Below are positions 37,225 through 51,856 of a DNA stretch of 64,000 nt, piece by piece. The DNA is taken from positions 96,377,365 through 96,441,364 of the forward strand of contig NC_068981.1 in NCBI RefSeq assembly GCF_001194135.2. Direction: 5' to 3'. Both the position numbers and the translations under genes were made by a program. How positions within the stretch are numbered: the stretch's first letter is position 1; each line of letters opens with the position of its first letter. The notes below the pieces were generated by a model that saw only the letters and a list, made by a program, of their open reading frames with translations, was not told the DNA's origin and did no database searches. The stretch is from Octopus bimaculoides (taxonomy: Eukaryota).

Positions 37225-39165
37225 ATGGAGAAAGCTTTAGTCAATGTCCCTTGCTCCCTCATCTGATGGTAACTGGAAGCTAGGAGTAGATGAATGGCTG
37301 GTGAGAGCTGCCCAAGCCATGTACAGGGATCTGCCAATAAAGTGATGTGCAAGCAGAAGCTCAACCAATGTTCAGTTCTTAGCCTCCTTTTGTTTACCAT
37401 AGTTCTCCAGACCTTAACAGGAAATTAAAATTGGTTGCCCATGGGAACTTCTCTTTGCTGATGACCTTGTTCTTACAACTGAATCTATAGTAGAATTAGA
37501 CAAGAAATTTTAAGTGTGCAAGAAAAGTCTGAAATCAAAAGGCCTTAGAATTAATTTAGCAAAGACCAAAGTACTAGTATGCAGGAAAGTAGACAAATTA
37601 ATAATTCCTTCAAGAAAGAGGCTCTGCTCAATATGTAGAAAAGGTGTAGTTAGAAATAGCATACGTTGACTGTGCAAGCTACGAATTCATAAGTGGTGCA
37701 ATGGAATCACAAGAAGGTTAACAGACAGTAAGCTTTGTGAGTGGCAGTTGTGTAGGAACAGCAAACACTAAGAACACACAGGAATTAGATTTCCTCCAAT
37801 GTCCAGGTGGCATCCTTAGAGGTAGAGATAGTTTCCATTACCTAGGTAACCAAATTAACAGTAGAGAAGGATGCTCTGAAAGTGTAGTTGCTAGAATTAG
37901 AACCAGCTGGTCAATGTCCAAAGAGCTATTACCTTTGTAGATAACAAAGGGCCTCTCTCTCAGAGTGAAAGGCAGATTGCACACTATGCTACATAGTAGT
38001 GAAACATGGGCAGAGGTTACAGAAGACATGTGAAGGTTTGAAAGAAATGAAACCAGAATGCTCCACTGGATGTGTAATGTTAGTGTACATGCTTGAAAAA
38101 GGTGTAAATGTGTTGAGAGAAAAATTGGATATAAGAAGCATAAGATGTAGTGTGCAAAAGAGAAAACTGTGTTGTTATGGTCACATGATGTATATGTATG
38201 AAGACAGCTGCATAAAGAAGTACTGATCTCTAAATATGGAACTTATAGAAGAGGAAGATCCAAGAAGACATGGGATGAAGTTGTGGAAAATGATCTTCAG
38301 ATGCTGAGTCTCAAAGAGCAGATGACAAAGAACCAAGATGATTAGTAATTTGCTGTGCTTGAGAGGACCTGTCCAGCTAACTAAAATCAAGATCATAAAG
38401 GCATATTGTTTTATATCCATATCCCTGCCAAAGCTCTCCCCAACAGCCATCTCCCTAACACTTCTCTCATCCTCCCACCTAAATTTGCCACTTACTATAT
38501 TCCCCTCCTCTCTATCACCCATTCCCCCTTTGCACCCTCACAAACCTATGTACACACAATGTGTCCTAGCTGAATCACAATATATCCAACCAACACCTCC
38601 TACCCTCTATTTGTATCCACTCACTAAATTCCCTCCTTCACCTCTCACTCTCCTGCAATCTCACAAATTTACCCACCTCCTCACCCTATCCAATCCCTGG
38701 TTCTACTTCACTTATATACACCTTATAATTTGGGAATTTCTGTGTACCCCACTGTCACCATCTACTCTCCCTTTTCTCTCTCTCTCTCCTTTACTGAGGT
38801 AACCATGTATCTCCTTTATAGCAAGTCACCTATTTCTATCCTTCTATTCATACTCTAACCTCTCCTCACCTGTCATAAAACAACCTTCCTAAATACTACT
38901 TCCCACCTCAGATGAGTGGTCTTGTCTAACAAGTTATTTGGTGACCTCACTACTGCTGTTGCTGCTTACAAGTAAAATAAAAGCACCCAGTACACACTGC
39001 AAAGTAGTTGGCATTAGGAAGGGCATCCAGCTGTAGAAAGCATGCCAAGCAGACAGTAGAGCTTGGAGCAGTCTTCTGACTTGCCAGCTCCTGTCAAACC
39101 GTCCAACCCATGCCAGCATGGAAAACGGACGTATAATGATGATGATGATGATGATGATAATGAAG
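37225..39165 (+). mobile_element. RTE-clade LINE, decayed RT + C-terminus + 3' UTR + (GAT)n tail
   Basis: KLGVDEWLVRA..MY; GCPWELLFADDLVL; GLRINLAKTKVL; GRSKKTWDEVVENDL; (GAT)n at 39135-39160. Confidence 0.88.
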
Positions 39166-40019
39166 GTGGTGGTGGTGATATTTATAATATGTATGTGTGT
39201 GTGTGCGTGTATATAAATATTGTCATTTAACATCCGTTTTCCATGCTGGCATAACAAAACAATTCTACTCGAAATTGAAAAATGCCAATATAATCGGAGA
39301 AATATCCGAACTACATACTATTTCTCAGGTTTTCTTTTCTCATTCTACGACTAATTTTAAGACGAGTACCCTATTTGTCTTTGGGCACTTTTGGGGTTCT
39401 GTGATCCCATGGAAAGTGAAGATGTTTTCTGAACAAAAAGAAAATGCGTTTCCTAGCTGGAAAGGGAAAATTGCATTTATTACAAATGACAAACCGTTCT
39501 CATTTCTTTAAATAATTATGCAAATCAATAATTAGAAGAACTTCAGTTAGCTTCATATCCTCAACAAGAACTAGACAAAGTCAAATGTGATGAAGGCCAT
39601 AAATTAGAAAAATAATTGTATCTCATTTTACTGTTAATCACTCGAGCTTTCTTCTCTTGATATTTCATACACTTTGGAAGTTAAGAAATATGCTTTGCTC
39701 ACTCTCATTATGAAAGTGAACACAAAATATTTGGTGAAACTTACTGAAATAATTGAAACATCATACCGGATGCTTTACAGAATTTATTTGGCACTCTATT
39801 GTCCTCTATTTACTGTACTTTCATAATTGAAAACTTTCGTTTCTAAATTTCATATTCTCTCCCTAATTCAAAGTATTTGATATTCGCCCTACTAATGATG
39901 GATTTGAATAATTATTTAAATTATATTAATTTATAATTTGTAATAAATAAATAATTAAATAACACTTTCTCTTTTCGTCCAAGAAAATCCACTTGACGTT
40001 TGACAATCTAAATACTTAC

Positions 40020-40056
40020 TTTCACCGGGTCCGAAAAACGAAAAATTGGCCGTCAT
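40020..40056 (-). CDS. Candidate first coding exon of an unidentified divergently transcribed gene (MTANFSFFGPGE, phase 1)
   Basis: Minus strand aaaATGACG...GGTGAAA|gtaagtat gives an ATG plus a consensus donor in a CpG-retaining region. No homologue was recognised. Confidence 0.3.
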
Positions 40057-41095
40057 TTTATAATTTTTAATTTTTATAGCTACAAAGACGTAACCACTAG
40101 TTCATTTTTTGCTCGTGAATTATTTAGACCATCCTTTATATTAAAGACTTTGGGATGGTCTCGTCTTAAGGAGGGGGAAATATATGTAAATCCCTTTCGT
40201 TGCTTCTCAAATTATTACATTCAGTGCTGTATTTTGCCGGCTAACGGAACATGCAGATGTAATAAAGTATGGAACCCATGTTGTGTTATAATACAAAATT
40301 CAAAGTTGCATGCGCTTGTATCCAAACTGGTTGTTATATCACACAGCATTAAGTATTCGATAAAATGGCATTGCTACCATATAATACGATAAAGTTAGAA
40401 TTCAAATTCCTTTCATTATCTTTCACATAATTAGTATTACAAATCATTCAAAATGGCAGAATACATGAAAAGTTAATAGTCTAGGAAATAATTACAACCA
40501 GTTTAATGAAAACTGAAATATCTGGCTATCTTTTAATGTATCTATATATATCTTTCAATCCATCTCTTACATGGAAATTAAAATTATTCCTCCAATCAAC
40601 ATACATACACACGTGTCTGCCAACATAAAATTATGACTCAACTGAAATTCCATACATGATGGCTTAATGAGAAAATTGCTCGTTGTTATTTTAAATACGC
40701 AAACAGGAGAAATATTTTTTTAATAATTTTGAATTTTATTTCAAATAACAAAATAAATTTTAATTCAAATAATAAAAAAAAATTTTATTTTCTAATTAAT
40801 TTTTTTTTCAATGTAAATGATAATAGAATTTCAGTCTTATAAATACAACTACCACCATCCCTACTAATAATACTACAACTATAAATAAAGTCTTAATAAC
40901 ATTTCTTCATCTGGTGCTTAATCAGGAAGATCATCTAGTTGATAACTTCCAGAATCCTGTTTCAATTCTGGATTTCCCCATTCCGTGAATGTTCTGTCTG
41001 CTAGCAAGGCGGAGTTATCTTATCTTATCTAACCTACGCGCAGTTAGCTAGGCAGCATTAAGCACACTTACACACATACTTGAACGAAAACGAAC

Positions 41096-41122
41096 ATGGC
41101 AGCCACGAGAAGGTTGCAAAAG
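41096..41122 (+). CDS. UBE2L3: Ubiquitin-conjugating enzyme E2 L3 (UbcH7)-like, coding exon 1
   Basis: aacATG GCA GCC ACG AGA AGG TTG CAA AAG|gtaatc = MAATRRLQK. Human UBE2L3 begins MAASRRLMK, and as I recall has a phase-0 intron at the same position. Only 9 aa are visible. Confidence 0.78.
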
Positions 41123-42132
41123 GTAATCATTTCTTCCTTTTTCATCCATTAATTTATTTGATATTACTTTCTTATTTTCATTTTTTTCGTCTTCAAGCGA
41201 ATTCTTCTTTGTTATCAAAGAACCCGAATAGTATTACTGCGGCTTGTTAAGTCGTATTGCCGTTTCTTCCCTCCTCCTTAATAAAGCTAGGGTGATTCTG
41301 TATCGGCGTCAAATATAATGTAAAGTTAAAATGGCAAGCAAACCGGCGTTAAATATTCATTGTTCTCTTTTCCTATAGAGATTCTACAATTTTCTTAAAG
41401 TGTACGTCTATCGTCTTTCTACAATTGTTTGATTCGTAAATCTCATCTATTACTGGCTTTTCTTGACCACATTTTCTTTCATCAGTCCATAATGTTACTA
41501 CATGAAATGACATAGCAATATTCACTAACACCACTGTTTTATTCATTACCTCTTTTTTTTTTTTTCCTCCCAATTTACTCCACATGTATTTTTAGAAATA
41601 TTTTTATTGAATAATTTTGTTATATATATATATCCTGTAAGACTAATTAAATTAGTTTTCTAACCTAAAGTATATATAAAATGTAACCAATTTGCTCCTT
41701 CTTACTTCCCTTTTCGTTCTATTTTTTAAAATTTATCCCCCCCCCCCATTATCAGATTTTTCGCTTTTTATTCTTCCACTGCTTTTGTTTTTCTTTTTTT
41801 CTTATTTAATCAATATAATTAGATAGTTTATAACTAATTTTTCCTATCCCAACATTAATACTCTATATTTCCACTATTAAATTTTTTGACTTCGTTTGAA
41901 TTAGTTCCTGATTATTCAACCAGAATATTTCATCTTTTACCTGCTTACTGCTATTTTTCATTTTATATATATATGTAGAGAGAGAGACTGAGAGAGAAAA
42001 GTAACACTGGGTGTTAGAAAAAGCATTTTGGTCGATGTCTCTAGCAGATGTTAAAATTTGACGATGGCTTACAGAGAATTGTAGAAGTATGATTATTGAA
42101 ATCAGAAATTTTGAAGTATTTTATCGTTTTGG

Positions 42133-42168
<36 letters not shown>

Positions 42169-45100
42169 CATTCTTGGGAAATTTTCTGCAATAAAAAAAA
42201 GATTCGATTTATTTTATTCTCCTCACTGAGCTTGGTGCCAATGATGCTATATTAAATGTACAGTAAATAGGAGGCACGCATTTGTGAATATCTCTATGGT
42301 TGCATCTCAGTTAAAGAAACGATAGCTTCCTTCACCAAAATGGTTGTTGAACCTGTCTGTCGCCTTTCTGCGTTATGTATCCATCCTGTATTTCTGTATC
42401 TATCTAGAGTGGTTAGTAACTGAAAACTAACTTGGTCGTTTCACTACCACCGGTTTGCTTCATCACTAGCTGTATTTTTCTTGCGCAGCGTGTTTTAATA
42501 TTCACTTCTTGTTCTCCATTCGCACCGGATTGCGACTTTCACATGTTTAACTGGCTTTTATTCTTGTCCATTTTTCAAAATGTATCTGATTTTTGTCATG
42601 CAAGTAATAGTCTGGAAATGTTTCTTTCTTTTGTGTGTGAAGATATGAAATTTTATTGTCGATGATGTGTTGATTTGATATTATTTGTTTACCGTTACTA
42701 TACGGGGAACTATCCGAAGAGAAAGTAGGCTATTAAAACCTAGTATACGGTTGATAGGTTTAAGTCTTTAAACCTATAATATTAATAATGGTGATGATGC
42801 GCTTCTTATCTTATACCCTAAAATCCATCAAAACGAAAAATGTTCATAAGCATCAATCGTTCCTTTGTGTAAATATAGTATTTCCCGAGGAAGAAAATTC
42901 TTCAAATTTGATCTGAATGCCTACACTGGTGCATTTTGTACAGCAGACAGGTAGCTCACTGCAGAGCGCTCAAGCAGGTTTACGAAAAGTACGATCACTA
43001 CAGCTCTTCATTTTAGTTTTTGGTACTATGAAGAGTTCATTTCCACTTGATCTTCAACACTTTTGACTTTTTTTTTTCTCTCTTTCGATCTCTTCACTAA
43101 TATATTGAGGAGCAAATCCATGTACAGCTTTGAATGTCGGCTTAAATTTTGCTTGGGACCTTACAGCCAATGTAGAGCCTTTTTATTTTCTGAGGTATTG
43201 TCAAATTTCTGCTCGTAGTTCGAGAAGTAGGACATAAAATAACGGTTTACCATTGTCCAGCCATGATAATACAAAGGCATACACTAATATTTCAGTCACC
43301 TGCTTTGAGTATTTCCTAATCATACCATTATTTCTTAGATGCCGACTAACATACCATAGTAATATGCCTGTTTATTCTCATGTCTATGAAAAATTAGCTT
43401 CTAGCTTCATTAGTGACACACACATCAGTTACCAGTGAATAGAGATGGTATATTATTTGGGTTCTTTCTGGTTTCCTGTCTTAAATGGAACTTCTCTTGA
43501 CTTTTAAGGTTGTAACCATCTAAAATCTCTGATAAACAAATAGTAGTTTTATCACTTGCGTCCTGTGCATTACTTTGCCTTGGCCTAAATGGTAAACACA
43601 AATTGCATACCCTCGGCATAAACATGATATAATAGGTTATACTTCCAAATAATGATACCAATGGAAAATAGTATGTACTTAGTGAAAGGTATTGGTCCCA
43701 GAAGATATCCTTATGACATACCACTAAATATACTGATTTTCATATTGTTTTCCCTTGATTAATGTTTGATATTCAGGACTTAGCCATTCCTATATGCCAA
43801 AGCATTTCTCCAACCTAGTGAATAGAAATTTGTGGTCAACAGTAATATGAGCTATATGTTGATTGCTCTTTACTATGTTAATATCATCATGTATATAGTC
43901 TCTGTGCTATAATAATCCTTTTATGCAAACTGAACCATTTCACAGAAATTGTTTATCTTTGTGATTATTTAAAAAGCTACATGTTCTATCATTTTGGAGA
44001 CAAATGAAGATTACATACAGATCTCAAACTCTAAACATTGATCAGGAGGTTGAAATTCATAGCATTGTTTGGTGATTGAAGGAAATTCAATTTTTTTCTA
44101 AATTTTTTTAGTTTGAATTTTGTTTTTGTCTTCCTCTTCATATTTGTTTCTTTAGCTTCAACTAACTTCAAAAGTCTATTTTTGTTGAGCATTTTAAACC
44201 CTAATTATTTAACAGTGTTTGACTATGATTAAACTAACATTTTTCTATATCATTTATTTTAATGTAGAGAGAAATGATTGTGACATGACTAATCAAACAA
44301 CTTTGGTGCAGCAATTAAAATTTGCAACACTTCAGTTGACCTGATGGTTGTAAATTCATACTTTTTACTGGCTATAGAATCATTGTATTTTGCCAGATAT
44401 AGTGTTATTCTAAAATTTTCTAGCATTATGGTTTTGATTTAGATGGTTCCTTTGTGGCTACTTTGTAACATTTTAAAAGTTATAGATTTGGGTGATCATA
44501 GTTATCATATACATCAGTACAAACCATTTCAGAAAATTCATTTTTATATCTCCTTGCTACATTACATAGCTATACAAATTTAAATTAAGAATCCTTTTAC
44601 TTAGCAGTATGTCTAAAATAAAGATTTCAGTTGCTGCTTTAATTTACAAAGACCTAATTTACATCAGTTGAACTTAGGCCATTAATTTCATATAGCTTAG
44701 TCTTTTAATTCTGCAAACATACAGTTATGACTTATTCTTCGCTGATTATCAGTATGCCTTTATATATCTATGAAATGTTCCATTATTAGAGAACTTGAGA
44801 TCACTGCTAAGTACTCTAAGTGATTACAACTTCAGCTCTTCACAAACCTTATTTTTGATTGCTAATTCCAAGTATGCAACTCCAAAGTCCCATTTTTTAA
44901 AACCAGATCTAGCCATGATCATGATCATTATCACAAACAGAATTTTTCTGCATAAACAAACCTCACTGAAGTCTTTTTTTTTTTTTTTTTTTTTTTTATC
45001 ATCTCGTAAACTTTTCATCTTTAACCTTTTAGCGTTAAGTGCATTGGTTCTTTATTCACATTGTTTTGTATTTATCATTATCTTGTAGCCTTGAGATTTC

Positions 45101-45949
45101 AATGATGGGATTGTTTATTTTTAAATTGACACTGTAGAGTAGGTATAAGAGGCCTGATCTGGTCAGTCTGAACATAAAACAAGAAGCATATTTGGGCTTG
45201 ATATGGCTGGTTTGAATATTAAAAGGTTGATACAAAGTTCATTTTCCTTCAGATATAAATTATTCTATTTCTGTACAGCTTTTATCTTTCCCTACTAAAA
45301 CCATGTTTAGAATTATGAAAGTTTATCATTCATACAATACATTATCAATAATCATCATTCAGTGATACAACTTCAGTAATTTCTATTCAGAAAGCTAAAC
45401 CCATATTTGACATTTTACTAATGTAGTGAGGTAAATTGAGAAATTCTTAACTGAAATTATCTTTACTTTTGAGAATTGCTAACAATTGCCACTAGGTTGT
45501 TGTTTTTTTTTCCTCCTTAATCTTACAAACACCTAGTTGTGCTTGGTTTTGTTCCAGTCAACCTAACAGTAGCTACAATTCTCTTTCCATGGTTTGTATG
45601 TGAAGAATGACATGCTGAGTTATCTGAGAAATTCCCAAAGCCTTTCATTGAATTTACTGTGAAAATGTAGCTAGACCTTCCACTTCTACATATTCTGAAC
45701 TGTTTTATTACTCACTATTTTATTGGTTTCTCACTCAATGAGTATTCCCCAAAGATCTATAACTATCTCTAATTCTACCTTAATAATCTAATCTTTGTTT
45801 GCAATGATAACCTAGAACTGCAATCTCTCCTACATTTTAACTTCTTTGAAACTCCTCATAGTACAAACATGTGTCAATTGCTGTTATTGAAATGGTAAAT
45901 GTTAACTAATAATCCATGATGTGATGGTTTTAAAAAGGACTTTGCTGTT

Positions 45950-46340
45950 TTAACATTCACTTTACCATGCTTGCACATGTTAGACTGAATTCATTGAAAC
46001 ATTTTCTACAGCCAGATGCACTTCCTGTCATTAACCTTCACCTGTTTCCAAGTAAGACAATACTTCCCCATGGCCTTATGATTTCACAAAAGATTGGAAT
46101 TGGATGCTGCTTGTATGATGGCAATGCTCATTTACAGTTAGAACTATCGCATGACATCAAGACAAGGAGACACATACACAAACATACATATGTAAGCTTT
46201 CAGTTTCCATCTTCCAAATCCACTCACAAGGCTTTGACCAACCCTGGACTCTGGTAAATACTTGCCCAAGATGCCATGCAGTGGGATTTGAACCCCAAAA
46301 TCATGTTGTTAAGCAAACTTCTTAACTACAAAACCAGGCT
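45950..46340 (-). mobile_element. Decayed RTE tail plus SINE family A 5' half
   Basis: ttttctacagccagatgcacttcc and cagtttccatcttccaaatccactcacaaggctttg...cttgcccaagatgccatgcagtggg. Confidence 0.65.
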
Positions 46341-48767
46341 TGTACCTTGATAATCTGAATTATTCATTTTCAGAAGAGAAGCAGCTGCTCCTGGATACAG
46401 TCATAATTATATAAGCCTTGTGTTGAAAATTGCTTCAGAAACAATATTTTTAGGAAATTGAAAAAAATCACATAGTGCAAAGTATAGAGAGATCTTTATT
46501 CAATACTTTGGTTTCAACCTTATTTGTGAATTCACAGTTAGAATTTGTTGAAGACAAAATATTGAAAGTATTTTACTAAATTGTATTCTTCAACACCTTT
46601 CATAAATTTTATTAGTTTCAACCAGTTGGTTGTAGTCATGCTGGAGCACTGCCATTTGTACATGTATCATCGTACTTAAAATAAATTATGAATTCATATG
46701 TATTGTGCTTTGATGAGAATAACTTCAAATCTCACCTAGAAAATATAATTTCGAAGTTTTCATACTGGTCGTAAATAATTACAGTGGCCCTTTTCGAAAA
46801 TTATAGAAAAAAAGTACAACTAAAAGGCTATCTATACCAATTACCGATTTCAAATTTAGTCAACTTCTGGAATGAAATTCTTTTGAAAAATATATATTTT
46901 CAGTGTACATGAAGAGAAGTGTTACTATGAAGGAATGGTATTGCACTAGTTGAGGCTGTATCAACCATTTGTAAGTGATGCCATGAAGTAAAAGAAGGAT
47001 ACAAAGTAATTAGTTAATAATGTCTTCTTGCTAGGTATAGAATATTGAGTACCAATTGATTGAGAAAGTGACTGGCAATAGATAATTTCATTGAACGCTG
47101 GAAAGACAGATGCAAGTGTAATTTGAAAGTTGTTAGTGAAAAGTACTTGTTAGGAGTCGACCAAATCTTGAACTGACTTATTTACATTAGATTTGAATAT
47201 GTAGATATTCATTATAATACTGCATTGCAGATTCATCCTAACAAGTTAGCTTCGGAATGAATATTGAGAGCATGTTACCTTCACAGATAAGCAGAGTATA
47301 GCTTCTATTTTTTAATGTAAACAAGGTTCCTATTTAGAAGACATCACAGTTGATTTATCCTTCCCTTTAGTGTGCTCATTGTTGAAGGTGTTAGCAAGCA
47401 CTCATATGCATGTCAAATTATTGTTTCCGTTAAATCTGACTGAACCTTTCAGATAATCACATATTATGAAGGATGCTTGCTAAGTTTATCAATGAAGCTG
47501 ACACTTATTGATCTAATCTTTTCAAACCAGTTTTGTGTTGTGTTTTCATTACTTTTTCTTTCTTTCTTTTTTTATAATCATTACAGATTGAATTTTAGCC
47601 AAACAATACAAAATCCTTTTGTCTCTGCGTTATAATTGCTCTGAAGGAAACAACATAGCTTGGAAAGGAATTTGCCTCACATCTCTTATGGCCAAACCTC
47701 TACAAGGTGGTGGGTCTTAACATGTTGGGTTGCTTAGGGGTTTAAATTCATTTAGATACTGCTTTTAATTTTTTTCATCTCGGATAATGTGCATTAATTA
47801 AAACTTTGCAATTATGCCTAGTCGCTGAGTGTGAGAGCCACTCAGTAAGTGTGACATGTCTTTCAATAAATTTTTGGCAACTTTAATAAGAATTTTTTAT
47901 TCACCAATGTCTTAGTATTGCTTATATGTAAATAGTGTCTGTCTACTTGAGTTGTCATACTTAATGTCCAAGTAACTAAAATTAGAGTAAGTAGTTTATG
48001 GTTCTATTGTAAAAGCCAGTTGGTCATTTCCATATATGGGAGCAGATTAACTGGCCGGAATTGGTATTTTGATTATTTATACTGTTTCAGACTCTAATGA
48101 TATCACCACCACCTATTTTACTGCTAACACTTGACCAAGGCTAATGACACTTAATGACCTTTCAATGACTTCTGCTGCCTGTAAGTTGGGGTAGTTTTAG
48201 ATTAAGTCCGTCTTTGTATTCTGCACTCTGCCAAAGGTAGCTAAGAGTACAGCAATTTCAGATTGACATATATTCTCATCCTCAGAATGTTATGACTTTT
48301 ACTGGCTCAGTTCTAGTTTGTTGTGAGTTTAATTATATTTGAACCCATTGTGTATCAACCTTTTACCAAAATGTTCCACATGATATAGAATCATTAAGGT
48401 TTCTTTGAGTTGTTCCACTCCTTTTTATTTTTCTAAAGTTTCTTTGTTGGCCTAATCTTAATTTTTGCTACTGTAAATAATCTGGCAACCAATATATTCC
48501 ATTTTTTAGTTATTTAGCTTGTGTTTTTTTATTTATATTCTTAGTTCCATATAAATGGACTGAACAGAAAATAACTTAGTGCCTGGTGCTAAATTACTAA
48601 CTATATATTATGTAGTTCAAAACATGCATCATCCATTTTGTTATACTATTGCTTCCCCCTACCTGGCTGACAAGAGGTTCCATCCTTATTACATAATTGA
48701 GTGCTGAACAATAATAGCAGCATTGTTACATTTTTAAAATTTGGATTTTAGGGAAAGTATAGTGAAG

Positions 48768-49040
48768 GCATATGGTTAGTGTATTTCTGGCAGTGTGTTG
48801 TGTCCTTCAGCCAAACACTTTCATGTTGCTCCAGTCTACTCAGCTAGCAAAAAAGTGAGTAGTACCTTATTTCAAAGGACCAGCCATGACACATTATGTA
48901 TCATGCTTAATCTCTGAAAACTATGTTAAGGGTACGCATGTCTAGGGAGTTCTCAACCACTCTCATATTAATTTCACAAGCAGGATGTTCTATTGACTGA
49001 ATCAACTGGAACACTCATCTGTAACTGACAGTGCCAGTTA
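48768..49040 (+). mobile_element. Decayed SINE family B
   Basis: ttcaaaggaccagccatgacacattatg...aactatgttaagggtacgcatgtct matches 16632-16720 in reverse. Confidence 0.6.
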
Positions 49041-50370
49041 TGGAGAAAGTGTATTCTCATGCAAATATGGAAATTTTGCAGAAAATATTTAAATGGTCCC
49101 CACCTCACACTATGGTATGTAGATGAGTAGGTGAAATTGGTGTCGAGCATTTTAACATGAGCTGAAAAGAATATGTATTTTAAGAGTAAAGAAAGATAAT
49201 ACTACTTCTTGATATTTCTTATGCAATAAATAGCAAAGTAAATTAGTTATGTATAAATGCATTGTACTAATTGGATTGAAGCAAAATTTCTCTCAAATTT
49301 TGATGTGAAATCATTTTCTTTTACCAATCATTGACATAACTATTTAACATTCTTTTTACATATTTTAGATTGCTTATTTAAAATATTTTTATTGCAGTTT
49401 TTCCTGCATTCACAATGATAAGTTGTAGATTTGGAATATTAACTAATCTTCACAATTTCACTCAAACAGTTATATTTGAAATTGAAGATAAACTAAAGCA
49501 AGTTTCTTCTAGAATATTCTGTTTTTAGGAATTCCTTCTTTTTAAATATTATAACGATGTTTTGGGTAGCAAGAGCAAGTTGCCAAGTTTACATTGATTA
49601 CATTGAAGAGCTAGGTTTTTCATATAAAAGAATAAATTAATCAAAGCACCTTAAGGCCAATATTTCCATCATCTAGTATTTTAGTCTATATCAAGTTGCC
49701 TATAGTAAAGTAGTCTGGATAGCCATTTTGCTTTATGTATGGTAGAAGTATTTTGTGTATGTATTTTTTCCTGACCTTTCAAAAAACTGATTTTCAAACA
49801 TAACAATAACTGAATGTGTCCAACAGTTTCTCATATTCCAAAGAATTTTCTGGCATTTTTCTTGTTAATGATGTGCCCAACTGTTTTATTATTTGGTGCT
49901 CTCAAGTGGCCCTGTCATCTTTCAGTAGCAATTATATTTAGTATTTAATCTTTTTATTTGAAACCAACTGAACACCTTGTTTCTTCAGTCCTGCTTCTGT
50001 TGATAGAGTTGTGCAGTTTATGATCATGTAATGCTAAAATATTGAGTCTTTTATACAAAAGGAATTAATGGAGTCGGTGTAAATGATGTATAGAAAATAC
50101 ATCTGTTTGTGTTGAATATTGGATAATATATTAAACTACATCTTGTGAATCATAGGTCATTAGTTCATATTCATTGTAGGTATTTCAAATAATCATGTCA
50201 GAAACCAACTTTTGTCTGAAAACTGTCAATGATGAGGGCTTGAATGGGCCATGTTTTAATTCTGAATGGTTAAATAGTGACTTTTGTGAATCATCCATTT
50301 TTGAATGAATGGACTTGTTTTAAATATTTTTAATTTTCATGTTTGTAGCCATCTTTTAGAATTATTATAG

Positions 50371-50510
50371 TGCTAGGAAGGGCATCCAGCCATAGAAACC
50401 ATGCCAAATAAGACTGGAACTTGGTGTAGCTCTCCAGACTACCAGTTTTCAGTCGCACCATCCAACCCATGCCAGCATCAAAAATGAACATTAAATGATG
50501 ATGATGATTC
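50371..50510 (+). mobile_element. RTE 3' tail fragment
   Basis: aggaagggcatccagc...tccaacccatgccagcat...(gat)n. Confidence 0.8.
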
Positions 50511-51856
50511 ATATCTAATCAGTTGGATTTCAGTCATCGTTTTTTTCTTGATATGTACTCAGTGCTAGTCTAAATTTGAACTAGAAACCTTTTTGTTTGT
50601 AAACTAAGAGTAATAATGCTGTTATCTACTAGACCACTGACATATTCTTAATGTTACATTTTTAGCTTATTTGCTTGAGTTCATAACAATCTGAATTGGG
50701 TATTTGCAACCACTGCTATGGTACTCTATAATTGTATATGGTCCACAGGTGTACACAAGTTTTTGTGGTAAAATGGAAAATGCAGATATTTAAAAAAAAC
50801 CTGGAGTGTTTAGTTGGTTGTCAGTGAATTGAGACATTTGTATTACTAAAATAACATTGTGAATGTCTGTCGTACTTTCGACCTTCAATCATCTGGACTC
50901 AATTTCTATTCCTCACTCCTGATATATTTTTCACAATGAAGTGTGGGATGAGGGTCCTAAAAACCAAATGATTTACTTCTTTTACTAAATTATTTTCATT
51001 TTATTTACCAAGAGTATTTGTGCAATAGCTTCGTATCCCTATCCAGGGATACGTATATTTCAATTCATAAAATTGATAAATACTTCCATTTTATTTACTC
51101 TTCTTAAATTTATATACTGTATAAGATATTAATACAGACAACTCCCTGTGTTAAAGAATTCCATGTTCCAGAAAATTTTGACATTGATTTCTTTGTTAAA
51201 TTGAGATGCATACTGATCAATGTTTCTTAACCAAAAATATGTAATTTGATCACTTTTATGCATGAAAATGTGAATTTTTAAACACATACAGTATGTATTC
51301 TCATTTTTTAAATTTAAAAGAAAAATGTTTTTTGCTTATTCATTAGGGAATAAATAAGAATAATCTGGGAATATTGATTATGACATCATAGAATGGGATA
51401 TGCTTGTTATGGTAGTGCAGTGGAAGTTACTGGAAGTGAAAGTGCAAAAACTTATTTGAAGCTGTTTTACATTTAAAATGCTCCACCTCTTTTCTACAGC
51501 TCTATAGAAACTGATCTTGTTGCGAACTGCTCTTGTATTTTTTGTTATCACCAAAAACTGACTTTCTTCTATAATTGTCAAAGTTTTAGCCATATTCTTT
51601 ACTGCCGACTGGAGTGGAGTAGGTGGGATTTCTGTAACATCTTTTTGTGCTTCAGCTCATTTTTGCTTTAGCATCAGTAGCTCCTCATTAAACAAGCTTT
51701 ATGGGATCCTAGCAACTAAGCCACACCATCATCTATGACTTCTTCAAAACCTATAGTTATCAGTATCACAATTTCTTGCTGGGTTGCTGTAAATTTTCTG
51801 CTGTTGAAAAATTTGTAAAATCACAGGTAATCTGGCTGTTTTACCAAATGCTATTC

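Larger units (their letters stand above)
39960..41360. promoter_or_regulatory. Putative (possibly bidirectional) promoter region
   Basis: Transposon-free, locally higher CpG content than the flanks, and a GC-box-like ggcggag at ~41029 just upstream of the UBE2L3-like ATG. Confidence 0.45.

Noticed and set aside
42793-42915. GTGATGA...CTGA as an intronic box C/D snoRNA
   Set aside because: No terminal stem or recognisable rRNA guide, and such motifs are frequent by chance in AT-rich DNA.
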